A stretch of DNA of 64,000 nucleotides, the filler included, from Diploschistes diacapsis (taxonomy: Eukaryota), in assembly GCA_023645945.1 (NCBI GenBank). It is 26 parts of 26 records of this genome, joined end to end, with 100 filler letters (N's around TTAATTAATTAA, not from the genome) between each part and the next. Parts side by side here need not be neighbours in the genome. Positions count along the whole stretch, not along the records: positions 35,537 to 36,579 come from JALAIB010004185.1; positions 36,680 to 37,722 come from JALAIB010004186.1; positions 37,823 to 38,865 come from JALAIB010004187.1; positions 38,966 to 40,008 come from JALAIB010004188.1; positions 40,109 to 41,150 come from JALAIB010004189.1; positions 41,251 to 59,472 come from JALAIB010000419.1; 20 more parts are not named here. One strand, given 5' to 3'. Position numbers and translations under genes: made by a program. A model generated the notes under the pieces. It was given only the letters and a program-made list of their open reading frames with translations. It was not told the DNA's origin and ran no database searches. Each line of letters starts with the position of its first letter. Positions within the stretch are counted from its first letter, which is position 1. Below are positions 36,121 through 49,651 of this stretch, piece after piece.

Positions 36121-36679
36121 CTTCGAATTTAATCGTTATTTTTGCTTTTTTTCGAAATATTACTATTAGCTCAATCATCTATCATACCCGAAAAGCGCAC
36201 ATTGATTATGTCAGCAGTTATTTTTCAAAGCGAATTGGAAATAACGACTCGAAAACACGTATTATTTTATCTTTCAAAGTCGGTCATAACGCAGCAAAAA
36301 ATATGTTTTTTAAAGATACAATTATAAGCGGTTTAATGCGTAGATCTTAATAAAAATATTAAAAAAACTTTTTTGGACGTTATACAGTCGTTATGTGGTG
36401 TTATTCTTTGAAATCAGTAGATTTAAAGAATTTTGATTATGTTACGATCCAAGTGACTAGATGGTAATCCACTTAGTACTTTATAGCTGATCGGGCTTAA
36501 CCTAATTGTTCTTTATATATAACCCAATTATGGTAACTTCGGTCACGTGATGAATAAAAAGCTTTAAAGGCTATTTTATNNNNNNNNNNNNNNNNNNNNN
36601 NNNNNNNNNNNNNNNNNNNNNNNTTAATTAATTAANNNNNNNNNNNNNNNNNNNNNNNNNNNNNNNNNNNNNNNNNNNN

Positions 36680-37276
36680 GATTATTATATGTCGCAAAAT
36701 AGGCCGTATGGTACGTACAGTTTTTAAAAGATATTAAATATTTAAAACTTATAAGACCATTTTTATTTATTATTAAATTATTAAAAAATAATATTGACTT
36801 TTTAAATCTAATAAAGCACGCGAGAATCAACGATAGATTAAAATATATTAATATTATTTATTATTATATACGGGATTTAGTTAAACGATGCCGTATTAAT
36901 GCTATTTATATATTTATAAATAAAATAGTTACCGACGGATTAACGAAATTATTAAACTACGTTAAACACGATATATTCGTTAAAGAACTTGGATTAGTAT
37001 AAAAGATATTTAATTAAATTAAATAAATATGCCGATAATTTCGCCCGTGGGGGAGTGTTAAGTAGGTAGATAGAATACATGGCTGGAAAATTCAGCTGAA
37101 CTTTAGGTTTAAGTTCAATTTAATTGAACCTATTAAGGTTCCTATTAATCCTAATCGGGAGTAGTACAAGTTTATAAGGCTTAATGGATCCTATTGGTAT
37201 AAGAGCTTATACACAGACTAAACCTTCTAGTTAGATCTCTAGATATCTAGACTTCAATACATGCGTTGCCCAAAAA
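36680..37276 (+). mobile_element. Ty1/Copia 3' end: RNase H relic, PPT and 3' LTR
   Basis: RLKYINIIYYYIRDLV and IVTDGLTKLLNYVKHDIFVKELGL (cf. RSKHIDI.YH.IRD, ADGLTK), then PPT GTGGGGGAG (37047-37055) and TGTTAAG start of the LTR at 37056. Confidence 0.8.
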
Positions 37277-37722
37277 TTATCTTTTGAAGATCTTTAAAGA
37301 ATATTATTAATAGCTGAATTTCTTTTAAAAAAAAATACGTTTACGAATACTATTTAATTATAAATTTTAAGATTATATTATCGAATTTATGGACGAAGAG
37401 ATTCTAAAATTTAGATCTTTTTATAAATTATTAACGATAAAATTGAAATTTCTCAAACAATATCTTCAGAAAATGTTTAAAAAAGGATATATTCGTAAAT
37501 CTAAATTATTAGTATTATTTCTAATCATTTTCGTACCGAAACCTGACGGTAGAGGAGGATAAACTCTTCGACCTTATATCGACTTCCGGAAGCTTAACGT
37601 TATTACCGTGAAGAACCGTTATTCCATATCGAACATTTAAGAATTGCGAGATCGATTATATAACGTATTATGATACACGAAACTGGATCAACGAGCAGGT
37701 TTTAATTTTATAAAAATAAAAG
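37277..37722 (+). mobile_element. Ty3/Gypsy reverse transcriptase relic
   Basis: KKGYIRKS...IIFVPKPDG...LRPYIDFRKLNVITVKNRYSI...YTKLDQRAGFN. Confidence 0.8.
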
Positions 37723-37878
37723 NNNNNNNNNNNNNNNNNNNNNNNNNNNNNNNNNNNNNNNNNNNNTTAATTAATTAANNNNNNNNNNNNNNNNNNNNNN
37801 NNNNNNNNNNNNNNNNNNNNNNTGCGGCGTTTAGTTAATAACCGCTTAATTTTATAACTTGTTTGGCGGTCAGCTCGG

Positions 37879-38332
37879 TGTTATGATCTCTATCATTATA
37901 ACGTAGACACGAGGTATTGATTAAGGTGAGTTTAGTTTCTGGTAGAAAAAGAGTATGGAAGGAGAAGAAGTAGATCGATTATAAGTTTATATTCATTTCT
38001 AAAAAGATTGCTATCTAATAATAAAAATAAACGAATATAAATTAATCTCGAATAATCGTTAAAAATGTTTATAAAAATAAATATATTTCGATTTATAAAA
38101 ACTATAACGCGTTTTTATATAATTAATTACTTTCTAACGAAATAATTTAATAAATAAATAGAATTATCGTTCTTCCGTTTTACTTATAAAAAATAAAACA
38201 GCTTCTAAGGTTTTTTATTTATTACGTGATTAGCGTCACTATGATTGGATTATATACAAGGAGTGGTTGGGTTAGGCCCGATCAGCTGTGAAGTGCTAAG
38301 TAGACTATTATCTAGTTACTTGGATCGTAACA
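37879..38332 (-). mobile_element. LTR family A, variant 3 (454 bp); partial copies 6596-6771, 32108-32457, 35206-35436, 36440-36579, 63739-64000
   Basis: TGTTATGATC...TTGGATCGTAACA with the variant-3 module (CATGATTGGACTATATACAAGGAGTGGTTGGG consensus). Confidence 0.8.
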
Positions 38333-39256
38333 GTAGGTAGCCCTGAAGAACCTTTTCCAATGTAGAACGCCCTTATAGAAATAAATACTATACTACCGGG
38401 GGCTTAGCTTGATCCGGAAGGATTACGTGTAACTTGGACATCCATAGGCTGAATAGTTCAGATTCGAAAAGGTAAAGAAGAAAGAACTATCTAGGTGGGA
38501 GGAGGACACAAATAAATAATGGGTGCCAGTCCTACCGCCCTACGGGGTTCAACCCTTGAACCCACAAACGTTCAGGATGTTCCATATTTATAATTAGGCT
38601 GGCCGTTTCGTGCCACGGTCACTGACACGGACACTATAGCAAAAATTTTCAAAACACGGACACTAACACGGAAACGACAGTTAAAAATTTAAAACACGGA
38701 TATTAACACGGACATTATATTATAATAAAAACACGGACACGAACATTATAATTAAAAATTTTAAAATATTAATATTAATACGGACATTACATTTCCGTGA
38801 AATTATCGAGATATTACGATGAATCTACCGAAATACCGCAATAAAAAATTTTAAAAAAAATAAAANNNNNNNNNNNNNNNNNNNNNNNNNNNNNNNNNNN
38901 NNNNNNNNNTTAATTAATTAANNNNNNNNNNNNNNNNNNNNNNNNNNNNNNNNNNNNNNNNNNNNGTGCCCTACTCCCACCTAGATAGTTCCTTCCTTAC
39001 CTTTTCGAATCTGAACCATTCAGCCTACAGATTGCAGCTACACGTAATCCTTCCGGATTAGGCCCAGCCCCCGGTAGTGTAGTATTCCTGTAGGGGCGTT
39101 CTAATAGTAATCTTTTTAAAAGATTAAAATAGATCTATTACCGATCCTCTTCTTCTTTTCCTTCTATACTCCTCTTCTACCAGAGACCAAACTTACCTTA
39201 ATCAATACCTCGTGTCTACGTTGTAGAGATAAAGATCATAACAAGAATACGACAAC

Positions 39257-39770
39257 TGTTGAAAGTGGAAGTGGGGTGACTAAATAGGCAAGTAATGACT
39301 AGGGAAATAATGCTAAGTACAATAGTAATGTATTACTATTGTAGGAGGTAATGAATGAAGATGAAGATGGCGTTAGTAAAGATGGGAGGTGAGAGATCTT
39401 TTATAGACACATTTCACCTAACTAACGCCTAGTGATTAATAATACATATAATCTCCGATATAATGTTGGATTTATAATCCAAAATTATTCGCCCCATAAT
39501 CCAACATATTAGTGGATCCAATTTCCCCCTATATTGAATCCATGGTCCTAGTATTATTAGATCATTAATCTAATATTTGGATTAATGATCTAATGATCTA
39601 GACCATCTGCAATCCCACCTAGTAGTCCATAACTACTAGTAGGATGTTTGACTATAGTTAGGATGTTCAATAGTTGTTAATGGCGTGTCCTGAAGGGTTA
39701 AAGAACCTTCAGGGTCCTACTAGTATTAACTAGTCAGATAGACTAACCCATTTAGGTTAATAATCTGACA
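39257..39770 (-). mobile_element. LTR family B, full-length copy (514 bp)
   Basis: TG...CA ends; its two halves match 908-1046 and 3437-3657. No target-site duplication is visible. Confidence 0.7.
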
Positions 39771-40215
39771 TTTTCTTCTATAAATAGGTTAAGATCGACC
39801 GAGATGATTAAATCCGATCTAATATTTAATCGAACACGCCGCAAATCTATATCAAAAGTCGTTAATTTAAATATCATAAAAATAGATTATTCCGCTATTA
39901 TCATAATGCCTTTACTTAGCGGATTTAAGATATCTTTAATATATTTAATCGCCTTTTATATATCCGAAGCTAGCAATACTCGAATCTTATATATCTTTAT
40001 AATAATTCNNNNNNNNNNNNNNNNNNNNNNNNNNNNNNNNNNNNNNNNNNNNTTAATTAATTAANNNNNNNNNNNNNNNNNNNNNNNNNNNNNNNNNNNN
40101 NNNNNNNNCGTTAATAATGAATATAACCGAAAAGATTCGACGCGAACGTATTCGATTTAATTCGAATCTAGAAATTACAATCGCGAATTTTTAACCTATT
40201 GATAAACATTAAGTA

Positions 40216-40944
40216 ACGTATATGCATAGCGAGCGGACACTCATAGCGAGCGGACATCCGCCACCCGATTTTATGAACTTTCAACTTTTGTATCAATTTT
40301 CTACGCGTACGATCATGGAATTATCTTTAATTAAAATTAGAATTATAATAATACTTTAAACTATTAAATAAGACCTAAATCTTAATATAAAACGCGTATT
40401 TTAGATATATAAGGTTTTTTATACGACGTTTATTACTTAACGCGATAATCGTACTTCAAGATACGATATCTTAATTAACTTAATGAATTTAAATATATTA
40501 AAAGAAAAAACGATTCTTAAACGTATAATTAATTAAATCGAATATAATTTTCCACCGCCATAAGACGATATACGCGATATAATTAATTTAATGCGCGTAA
40601 ATCGAAACACGCCGCCAATCGGATTACAATAAGTATAAAATTTCTTATAAAAACATGAAATGCTTAAAATACGATTTTAATATAAAATCGATTATTAAAA
40701 AGCAATACTTAAAGATTTACGAGTCGTATAAAACTAATTCGACCTCTTACGTAACGTGATTAATAAATATAGTATCCTCGATTCGGATATCTACAATTTC
40801 GACGAAACCGGCTTTCATATAGGAATATTAGGCCATATAAAGGTCGTAATTACTTCAGATTGCAAAAATAGGTCTCGTACGAAACAACTCAGTAATCGAA
40901 AATGGATTATAGTTATCTAAATTATTTACGCGAACGGTTATACG
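40216..40944 (+). mobile_element. Fot1/pogo DNA transposon 5' half (RIP-mutated), truncated by a hAT-like MITE; second end at 10694-10782 (-)
   Basis: TA|ACGTATATGCATAGCGAGCGGACACTCATAGCGAGCGGAC terminus and DDE-domain motif SDIYNFDETGFHIG...NRKWIIVI. Confidence 0.88.
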
Positions 40945-41250
40945 TAGGCTGGCCGCTTCGTGCCACGGTCACTGACACGGACACTGCAGCAAAAATTTTA
41001 AAATACGGACACTGACACGGACACTACAGCTAAAATTTTAATACACGGATACTAACACGGATACTACATTACAATAAAAGTACGAACACGGACACTATAA
41101 TTAAATATTTTAAAACATTAATATTAATACGGATACTATACTTCCGTAAANNNNNNNNNNNNNNNNNNNNNNNNNNNNNNNNNNNNNNNNNNNNTTAATT
41201 AATTAANNNNNNNNNNNNNNNNNNNNNNNNNNNNNNNNNNNNNNNNNNNN

Positions 41251-42983
41251 GCCCACCACACCCCACATCACCAGCCCCACAACCAAAAGCACAATCCCCT
41301 GCCGCCGCACCTCGCGCACGACCTCCGAGTACCGCTGGTTGCTGAAGCTCACGCGGCTGTACTGCGTCCGCCAACCCGCCCACGGCATCCACACGCTGAC
41401 CGTCTCCTCGACGAACTTGCGCAGCAGGTAGACCGGCGACACGACGCCCGCGCGCATCTCGTTGTAGTTGCGCAGCGCCAGGTCGTTGATGGCGGCCGCG
41501 TCGGTGGCGCGCTGGTGCGTGTAGGCGGCTAGGGCTTCGGCGCGGCGTGCGTCGCGATCGTCGCGGTCGTCGTGGCGGCGGGAGAGTGAGGGAGGGGCGG
41601 ATCTGGCAGGGACGGAGGGGTCGTAGACGCCGTGCCGGTCGAGCAGGGAGAACAGCACGCGCACGTCCTCGAGGCCGGCGTTCATGCCCTGGCCGTAGAA
41701 GGGCACCATCGCGTGGGCGGCGTCGCCGAGGATGACGGCCGCGGAGGAGAAGTGGTGCGGGGCGCACTTGATGCTGATGAGGGGCAGGTGCGGGCTCGAG
41801 CCGAACTGCGCGACCAGGTTGGTCGGCGAGATGAGCTGCGGGCAGACACCCGGGAAGTTGGCGGCGAAGAAGGGCGCGAGCTGGGCCGAGGGGTCGCGCG
41901 ACAAGGTGTCGAAGGTGGACTGCGGCGCGAACAGCGTGCAGGTGAAGCTCTGGTCCAGGCTCGGGATCGCGATGAACATGAAGCGCGTGCCGGGCCAGAT
42001 GTGCAGGTGGTTGGGCGACAGGGCGAAGGTGCTGGGCGCGGTGGCGGAGACGAAGTTGGGCGGGATGTGGAACTCGCTCCAGAGCGTGTCGATGTATTCT
42101 TGCTGGTAGGACACCCGTGCGTATTTCATGAGGTGGAAGCGCGCGGCGGAGTGGGCGCCGTCGGCGCCGATAAGGAAGTCGAAGGGGACTTCGATTTCGG
42201 GTGCGCGTTCGGGCTCGGAGGTGGTCGAGGAGGGTTTGCGCTCGAACCAGGCTTTTCTGGCTTTGAAATCGGCGCCGGTGAGCTTGTGGTTGAAGAAGAA
42301 GGTTACGTTTGACATGGCTTCGAGGGCGTCGAGGAGGCGCTTGTTGAGGCCTCCCCTATCGGCCGCATGGATAGCCTGCGTGTTATGAGTGCCCTGAATC
42401 TAGAGATCGGAGAGAGCGCTCTCATACCCTCCCATGAACATCATAGGATTGGGCTTTCTCGAAGAGCTTCCCATTCTTCTCCCCATGGATCATTCGACCG
42501 TACATTGGTATTGTTCCCGCCAATATGCTTTCGACGAGATCATCTTGTCCAGCATGCCTCATGGCATTGATCCCTCGCTCCGAGAGCGCGAGGTTGATGG
42601 ATTTTGTAAAGTTGAGGGGAATCGTAGAGGCATCGCGAAGATCTTTGAGGATTCATTAGAGAAGACAGGATTGGAAGGGATTGTTGCGTTTGAACCGAGT
42701 TCAAAGATTGATTACTTGAATGGTAGGGTAGTATGAAGTTCAGAACAAATTGATCGTGGAATTCCACAAGCAGTCACGTGCTGCTTGGGTGGTACAAAAT
42801 CTCCGCCCACACATATACTCAACCAACAAGAATGCACAAGGAAGACACAAAGTCTCACATACCGCCTCGTAGCTCGTACAACTCCACATCGTCGCCTCTT
42901 GCAGCAGCATAGAGAGCCGCAAGGGCTCCCACAGGTCCAGCGCCGACAACGACAACCTTCTGCGGGTGAGATTGTGACGCCAT
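41251..42983 (-). CDS. BNA4: Kynurenine 3-monooxygenase (exons 42983-42863, 42642-42428, 42375-<41251; 3'-truncated in the C-terminal membrane anchor)
   Basis: [69 protein letters not shown]. Confidence 0.95.
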
Positions 42984-43363
42984 TAGTTGAACCAAATTCA
43001 CATGATTCTGACTCAGACGGGGGAATGAAGAAAGAAAGAAGATGAAGATCTAGGTTCACGTCAAAGACCGTCGCCCTTACTAAATCCATGGCACAGCTTT
43101 AAGATCGCATCCCGGGGTTCAAAGAGTACTTGTACCCCAACTGCCCCGTCCGTCATGTCCGCTGGTATGCTACAGCCCAGTACAACATTCGTATTCTCAA
43201 GTGCTGCCCAAGAAGACCCCGGCCCTTCCAAAGTAAAAGCGGCAACCGATCAAGCTCCACTTATCGATAAGAGCCTCATCTTTAGCTGCAGTGAAGTTCT
43301 GCCTATTATAATCATATAATCACTATTTGCTGCGACTTCGTTTTACAAAACATTTCATCCACC

Positions 43364-44743
43364 ATGTCCTTAGCAGAGGCCCCCGCTGCTCAAGAGGTGG
43401 ATGCTAAGAGAAAGTGTATTGGCGTGGACTGCGGAAATGACGCCGAGTCAATGCAGTGCCCGACCTGTCTGAAGCTCGAAAAGGAGAGCTACTTTTGCTC
43501 ACAGGACTGCTTCAAGAGGAGTTGGGTAGGCTTCCTTGTACCCTCGTAAGGTACAATATCGATTTGGCACCAATTCTGAATCCACTAATACTCATCCAGT
43601 CAGAACACAAGAAAGTCCACAGAACAGACGGTAACGCTCTACGCAAGATTTCCCCTCCTAAAGTCGTCTCTGAACCAGATCCAGCATCCGGTCACTACAA
43701 CCCTTTTCCCACATACCCCTACACTGGCAAGCTGAGACCAGTCTACCCCCTGTCTCCGAACCGACCTGTGCCAGAGTCAATACCACATCCAGACTATGCG
43801 AAAGATGGTGTTCCAAAGCTGGGGCAGAGACTCTTAGGCAGGAACAACATTACCATTCTCGACAAAAAGGGCCAGAATGGCATGAGAAAGGTCTGCAGAT
43901 TGGCGCGGGAGGTGCTCGACATTGTTGCCGCAGCAGTCAAACCCGGCGTGACCACTGACTATCTAGACGAGATCTGCCACCAAGAATGCATAAAGCGGAA
44001 AGTAAGTTCCACGTGTTCGACCCTCACTCGAGAATTAGCCTGCATCTGATCTGTATCAGTCCTATCCCTCGCCCCTAAATTACAACCGCTTCCCAAAATC
44101 GATCTGCACCTCCATCAATGAAGTCATTTGCCACGGCATCCCGGACCAGCGCGTGTTGCAAGACGGCGACATTATCAATCTTGACGTGACCCTCTATCAC
44201 GGCGGCTTCCACGGCGACCTCAACGAGACCTACTATGTCGGAGACAAGGCATCAGCCGACCCAGATATCGTTCGAGTCGTCGAATGCTCGCGCACCTGCC
44301 TCGATGAAGCGATCAAGATCGTCAAGCCGGGCATGGCATTCCGCGACCCAGGCAATGTAATCGAGAAGCACGCCAAGACCCAAAAATGTTCCGTCATCAA
44401 AACATACTGCGGTCACGGCGTCAATCAGATATTCCACTGCGCACCGAATATACCGCACTATGCGAAAAACAAGGCTGTTGGAACCGCAAAGCCGGGCATG
44501 TGCTTCACTATCGAACCCATGGTCGCGTTGGGCACATACAAGGACAAGACATGGCCAGACGACTGGACAAGCGTCACGCAGGATGGCGGGCTTACGGCGC
44601 AGTTTGAGCACACATTGATGGTCACGGAAGACGGCGTCGAGGTGTTGACGGCGAGGCTAGAAAGCAGCCCTGGAGGACCGGTGGCGATGCCAGGATCAAA
44701 GGCAGCGGATGAGGAAGGCGAAAAGAAGGAAGGCAGCTCATGA
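43364..44743 (+). CDS. MAP1: Methionine aminopeptidase 1 (exons 43364-43525, 43600-44001, 44060-44743)
   Basis: N-terminal zinc finger (QCPTCLK...[11 protein letters not shown]), [48 protein letters not shown]. Confidence 0.96.
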
Positions 44744-45845
44744 GCTCTGGATGGGCCAGAAAGCATTCATCTGGTATTATTATATTTTGGCTAGCCCGTG
44801 GATCAGCGCGCCAAACTGTCTTATTGAAGACAAGTCCAATGATCATCAAGCATCATACTCGAGCAAATGCATTTCTCTTCCATTACGCGCATTTCTTACG
44901 CTTGTCTATGCTCCGCAAGGAAGATCCGAGCTCCTTCTGGCATACTTGTAGCGCACGATAGATAGCTCGATCTATTAGCGTGCGAAACAACGAAATGAAG
45001 AACAGAAGCTTTAGGCAAGGCCAAGAAGCTCGCCGACTCAGCCTCTCCCGAATCCTTGTAACGATCGCTGAGGCACAACTTACATTTCTTACAGCATCTA
45101 CCCATGTTTAAGTGGTAGCACGCAGCACTTCAGGTTGTTGGACTCGGCTGGCGGCTATCCCCAAGTTGAGAAGATCAGCACAAACGCACATCCTCAGCTG
45201 GGTAAGCTCAAGGCTGTGGAGAAATACAGCTTTCCAATCAGGGATGTCCGACTACCAATATCGCTGTACCTCTACAACCTGAAGTCTAAATAGATTAACG
45301 CCGCTACCACTCCACTCCACGGATGTCGAAATCTTCGGATTTTTTTAAATAGCGTTTTCGTCACATCGCGAGCTTCTAATAGCAAGGCCTCTCAAATGGC
45401 CCTCCAGGGAGTGTTTCAAGCTTCTAGGTCAACTTTTTCGAGCAATTGTTACTAATATCATCGTGGCCTTGAGATTTGCTACTGGAAAAATATAGCGTTT
45501 GGTTAAGTCCCGTCTCGCTACTAACAGTTGGACGAGGATAGAGGTTGTAACGATGAGGCTGAGTAGTTGTGGAGTTCACCAACTTGCTCACCATTACAGC
45601 CCTAAGGACGTCATTTGGGGCAACCGAGCGATAGATGAAAAGTTACAACCAAAAGACTCGGCAGTCGCGAGTCTCTCTGCGAGTCTCTTGTTCAATTTCG
45701 GTCAGGGTTTTGCTGTTCTCATTTTTCAATCTCACCCTACACAGACATTCCGTTTCCAGTTTCGGCTCAATCTACGAGAATTGGAGGCTCGCTTCTTTCA
45801 TCTTGCTTGCCTGTCTTTAGCTTTTCATTTTCTGCGCTCTTCTCT

Positions 45846-46574
45846 ATGAGTCCCTCCAACAACCAGCAGCATCACTTGGTGCCTCAAGAAGACTTGGAAA
45901 AGCCCCCTTTCGGTTCTCCCTCCACTACCTACGACCCCCACGATCCGTTCTACCAGGAATATCTTGAAGACGATAGTGTCCGCAAACGCAATATCCGCGT
46001 TCTCAAGCTCCTCACCCGCCTCACAACCCTCGGACTTGCAACCTACGGCGTCGTCTCGCAAGCCCTCACTCTTCAGAAGTACCTCTCCACCCGGGGCATC
46101 ATCCGTGATGGCCGCAACCCCTGGGCGCAAGGCACTTACATCTGGCCGACTCTTCTCCTGCTCAGTACCTCGTCTTTGACCGTATTTGTTTCCGTGGCAA
46201 CGATAGCTTCTTACTGCTTCTTCGGCGTGAAGCGGGCGAATTTCGTCAGCTCGAAAGCCGGGCTGCCCGTGAGCATCACCGAGGATTTGAGTCATCTGGC
46301 GGTCTGGATAGGCACCGCAGTGGGCTATAGGGTGGGCAAGACGGGATCGGATCTTTGGGGATGGAGCTGCGATCCAAAGGCGAATGCGATACAGGATGTT
46401 TTTCCCGAGGTGAACTTCAGCTTCTTCTGCAACACACAGTCGGCGAGTTGGGCTGTTAGTCTCGCCCAAGTTGTGCTTGTGCTGGTTACGGTTATGGTCT
46501 GGATTTACGCTTGGAGGAGGGAGAAGAACAAGAAGATTATGAGACAAAGGATGCAATTAGATGGGGCGTATTGA
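45846..46574 (+). CDS. Fungal 4-TM membrane protein (MARVEL-like), function unknown
   Basis: Intronless 242-aa ORF with four hydrophobic segments and a DLWGWSC...FFC extracellular loop motif. Confidence 0.75.
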   Translation: MSPSNNQQHHLVPQEDLEKPPFGSPSTTYDPHDPFYQEYLEDDSVRKRNIRVLKLLTRLTTLGLATYGVVSQALTLQKYLSTRGIIRDGRNPWAQGTYIWPTLLLLSTSSLTVFVSVATIASYCFFGVKRANFVSSKAGLPVSITEDLSHLAVWIGTAVGYRVGKTGSDLWGWSCDPKANAIQDVFPEVNFSFFCNTQSASWAVSLAQVVLVLVTVMVWIYAWRREKNKKIMRQRMQLDGAY

Positions 46575-47632
46575 AGGTCGTGCAAAAGATCTAGAGAGGC
46601 GGGGCTACCCGCGTTGTTCTCTCGATTGACCTCTTTTCAGACAGAGTTTTCTCTAAGCACTATGAAGCCCTTATGAGGCCTACCTTCAATCGCTGCAAGC
46701 ATTGCACAAGGGCCTTACATTGTTAGGGCAGGAGTTCAAGGGGCACAGATGTCGCTAACAACATCTTCACCGCAAGTCAAAGAAAACAGAGGGATCCAGG
46801 ACACATTGACGCAGCACAGATACTCGGCTCTGGTACAAAAAACCAAATAATACATAATCCATTCTCACAACACGAAAATTATGGCCATCATTGAAAGGCA
46901 CTGAACCATAGACATCGAAGTGGTCATCAACTTCAACATATAGGCGCTTTGTCCAATCATGGACGCATGCAAGGTGCTGAGTATGCACATGCCAAAAGGA
47001 TCTTCGAGAAGGAAAACTGCATAATAAACGACTGTACCTTCAATTCAAAGCTATCAAAGATAACTCTAGGGCAGCTCGTATGAGCGGGGGCTGGCAGGCG
47101 ATATTAAGAATAATCTGCACACCCAGTACCCCCTTCCAACATTCTACGGCCACACACACACAAGAAGAGCTCGAGAGATGCTTCACGATCGACCAGAAAA
47201 TGAATCCAAAAGTTGGGAGAGAGCTTTAAGTGTCTCATGTCTGTGTCACAGTTGATCTGAAGCACCTCTCGAGCTTATGTATGGCCGCAAAGTGCTTGGA
47301 AGATGTACTCGACATCGCTAGGCTAGGTAGACCTGTGCTTAAAGAATTGCGGTCCTTCGCGTAGCCGTTTCCTTGGGGTTTTCTTTCCTCGAACCCACTG
47401 CCCACTGCCCACTGCCATTCAAGTCAACTTATGCAGGCTGTTTTAAGGGAAAGATTGAGTGGGATCCCAGTTTATGCAGCAACTTGATGTTGTCCCTCTT
47501 CCTAGCCGAGTGGTTTGTGAGGTTCCAGTTTCATGTGTCAGTAAGCGCTTGTGCTCTCTGTTTCAATCGTTCCTCTGGTCTGCAGATTGTCTTGCTTTTC
47601 CTTGCTTGGACGCATCTTCAAACGTCAAGGTC

Positions 47633-48745
47633 ATGACTGACGATGCCACCTGTCGGGCCATCCCCACCAGCGCGAGTACCGTGCTGGCTTTGGCTGCAGC
47701 TCTAGTCAGTTGCCCCTATTCCGAGAAAAGCAAAGCTTTGGTGACTGATGCCATTTTGCACCCACAGAGTCTCCTATATTTCTTAAGCCATGAAATTTGC
47801 AATGTGTTCTTTCATCCATTGCGTTCCTTCCCGGGCCCGCGTAGTCAAGCTCCAAGTCGGATACCCTACTGTATCAAGACTATGCGCGGGACCCTGGCAT
47901 TCGATGTTGTCTAGTTGCATAGGAGATACAGAGAAGTGGTGCGTATCGCGCCGGACGAACTCGCTTTCTGTAAGCCCAATGCCCGGAAGGATATCATGGG
48001 CCACAAGATTACATAGTTAATGCAGACCGTGAGGAGCATAGTCGGCTGAGGCGCCAAATGGCTCATGGCTTCTCTGACAAGTCCATGCATGACCAGCAGC
48101 CACTGATAGGCAGCTACTCAACCTGTTACTTCTGTGCCTCAATGAAAACCTGCGCTGGAGGTTCGGTGCCGCTGGATTTGGGGGCTTGGTATAACTTTAC
48201 TGCGTTCGATATTATCGGCGACTCAGCTTTTGGCGAAAGTTCTAGTTGTCTGGATAGCTCAGAGCATCACCCCTTGGTGGAAATGATCTTTCGTAGCGGC
48301 ACACGTAGGCACACTTTTGCAAGGCGTCTCCCATTACCCACCTCTGAAGAACATGTTGCTGAGGATGGTACCCAAATCTATGAAGGAGAAGCGCGAGCGC
48401 CAAAAGGAGCTAGCGAAAGCGAAGTTACGGGCGAAGAATGGAGGTTGGTGGAGGGGCCCGACCTTATTGAGGGGCTCCTGAAGAAAAAGGACGAATGGGT
48501 AAGCTGGTGGTTTCTTTATCGGTTCCAGTAGACATGGTAGCCCTCCATCCTCAAGACGATCACGTTGTGGGGAATAACATTTGTTCGTTCGACCTCACCT
48601 ACTACGTAGCATGTGGAGGACAGTTTCAAGGAGCCGTTCGCTTTTCACCCGCAAAGGATCCTCAATGAAGCACGTTTCGATGCAGACAGGCAGGAGGGCA
48701 CTGCAGCCTCTCCCATATTGGTGGGTGCAACTATCTGGGCAGTAA
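47633..48745 (+). pseudogene. Cytochrome P450 pseudogene (CYP65/Tri11-like)
   Basis: FFHPLRSFPGP, VVRIAPDELAF, HGFSDKSM, WYNFTAFDIIGD.AFGE and FHPQR motifs. In-frame TAG at 47912, frameshifts, no recognisable I/K helices, and TAT at the heme-Cys position (48732). Confidence 0.85.
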
Positions 48746-49651
48746 GCGAGTTGCCTGACTGAGCACGGATATGAAGCTCGCAAAAGCCGCCTTTTATATG
48801 TCTAAAACATGGGAGCTTAACACATGCACTACGTATAGTTTGCACTGCCGAGGTCTGGAGACTGCATCAGGTTAGTCTTGATTTTGTCCATACCACCAGG
48901 GATGCTTTTTAAGCCTGAACTACTTGAAGCTCTCCCCAGAGCCTTCAATCATGCAACCTGACCTCTTAATCCTAAAGCGGCTAGCTACTTTCGAGGCGCA
49001 ACGAACGGTCGGCACTCGGCATCAACAGCGTCATCAAGTCGAAGCAGGTCGCCAGGTGCGGGGTAGGTAGTGAGTGGGGTATGCGGGGTAGTTACACTGA
49101 AGAAGTACAGTACCCCTACTTTTCCTTTGCTTTCAGTAAAAACTCACGAGGAAATGCAACCGGCGGGGGAAATTCATTCCTCCGATGCCGAACAGCCGGA
49201 TTCGCTCCGAGTCGGAGTTCTCCGCCTCCAGCTTATAGCTACTTACTCCGTATAGAAAGATTCGTCGTTTCCCAATCAAAGCTCTTATCTTGTTTGTTAG
49301 ACAGCATGGCTTGCCACGCTGAACTTTGAATTGTGAGAAACCTGGTTTTGGTCTTCCACTGTCGTCCCATTAGCTGTCGTTACGACATTGAATATTGCAT
49401 TTAGACGGCCCGCTTCGGCGTGCGGAGTGCGAGCGCTGTCCGCTTAAGCCATCATTCCTACCTGGCTTCCAATGGACCGTTAGGACTATCCGAACGAAAG
49501 GTACACTGTGGGTATCCCAGCATAAATTATAGCTATGCTATATCTACTGTGATCCGTCTCTACTGTAGACAATCAATTTCCCTCATTACTTTCATCATCA
49601 TCATCTTCTTCTTCTTTCTTCTTCTTCTTCTTCTTCTTCTTCTTCATCAAC

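Noticed and set aside
48848..48853. CCGAGG (FarA/CTF1-type site) upstream of the CYP52-like gene
   Set aside because: A single hexamer ~800 bp upstream is likely by chance.
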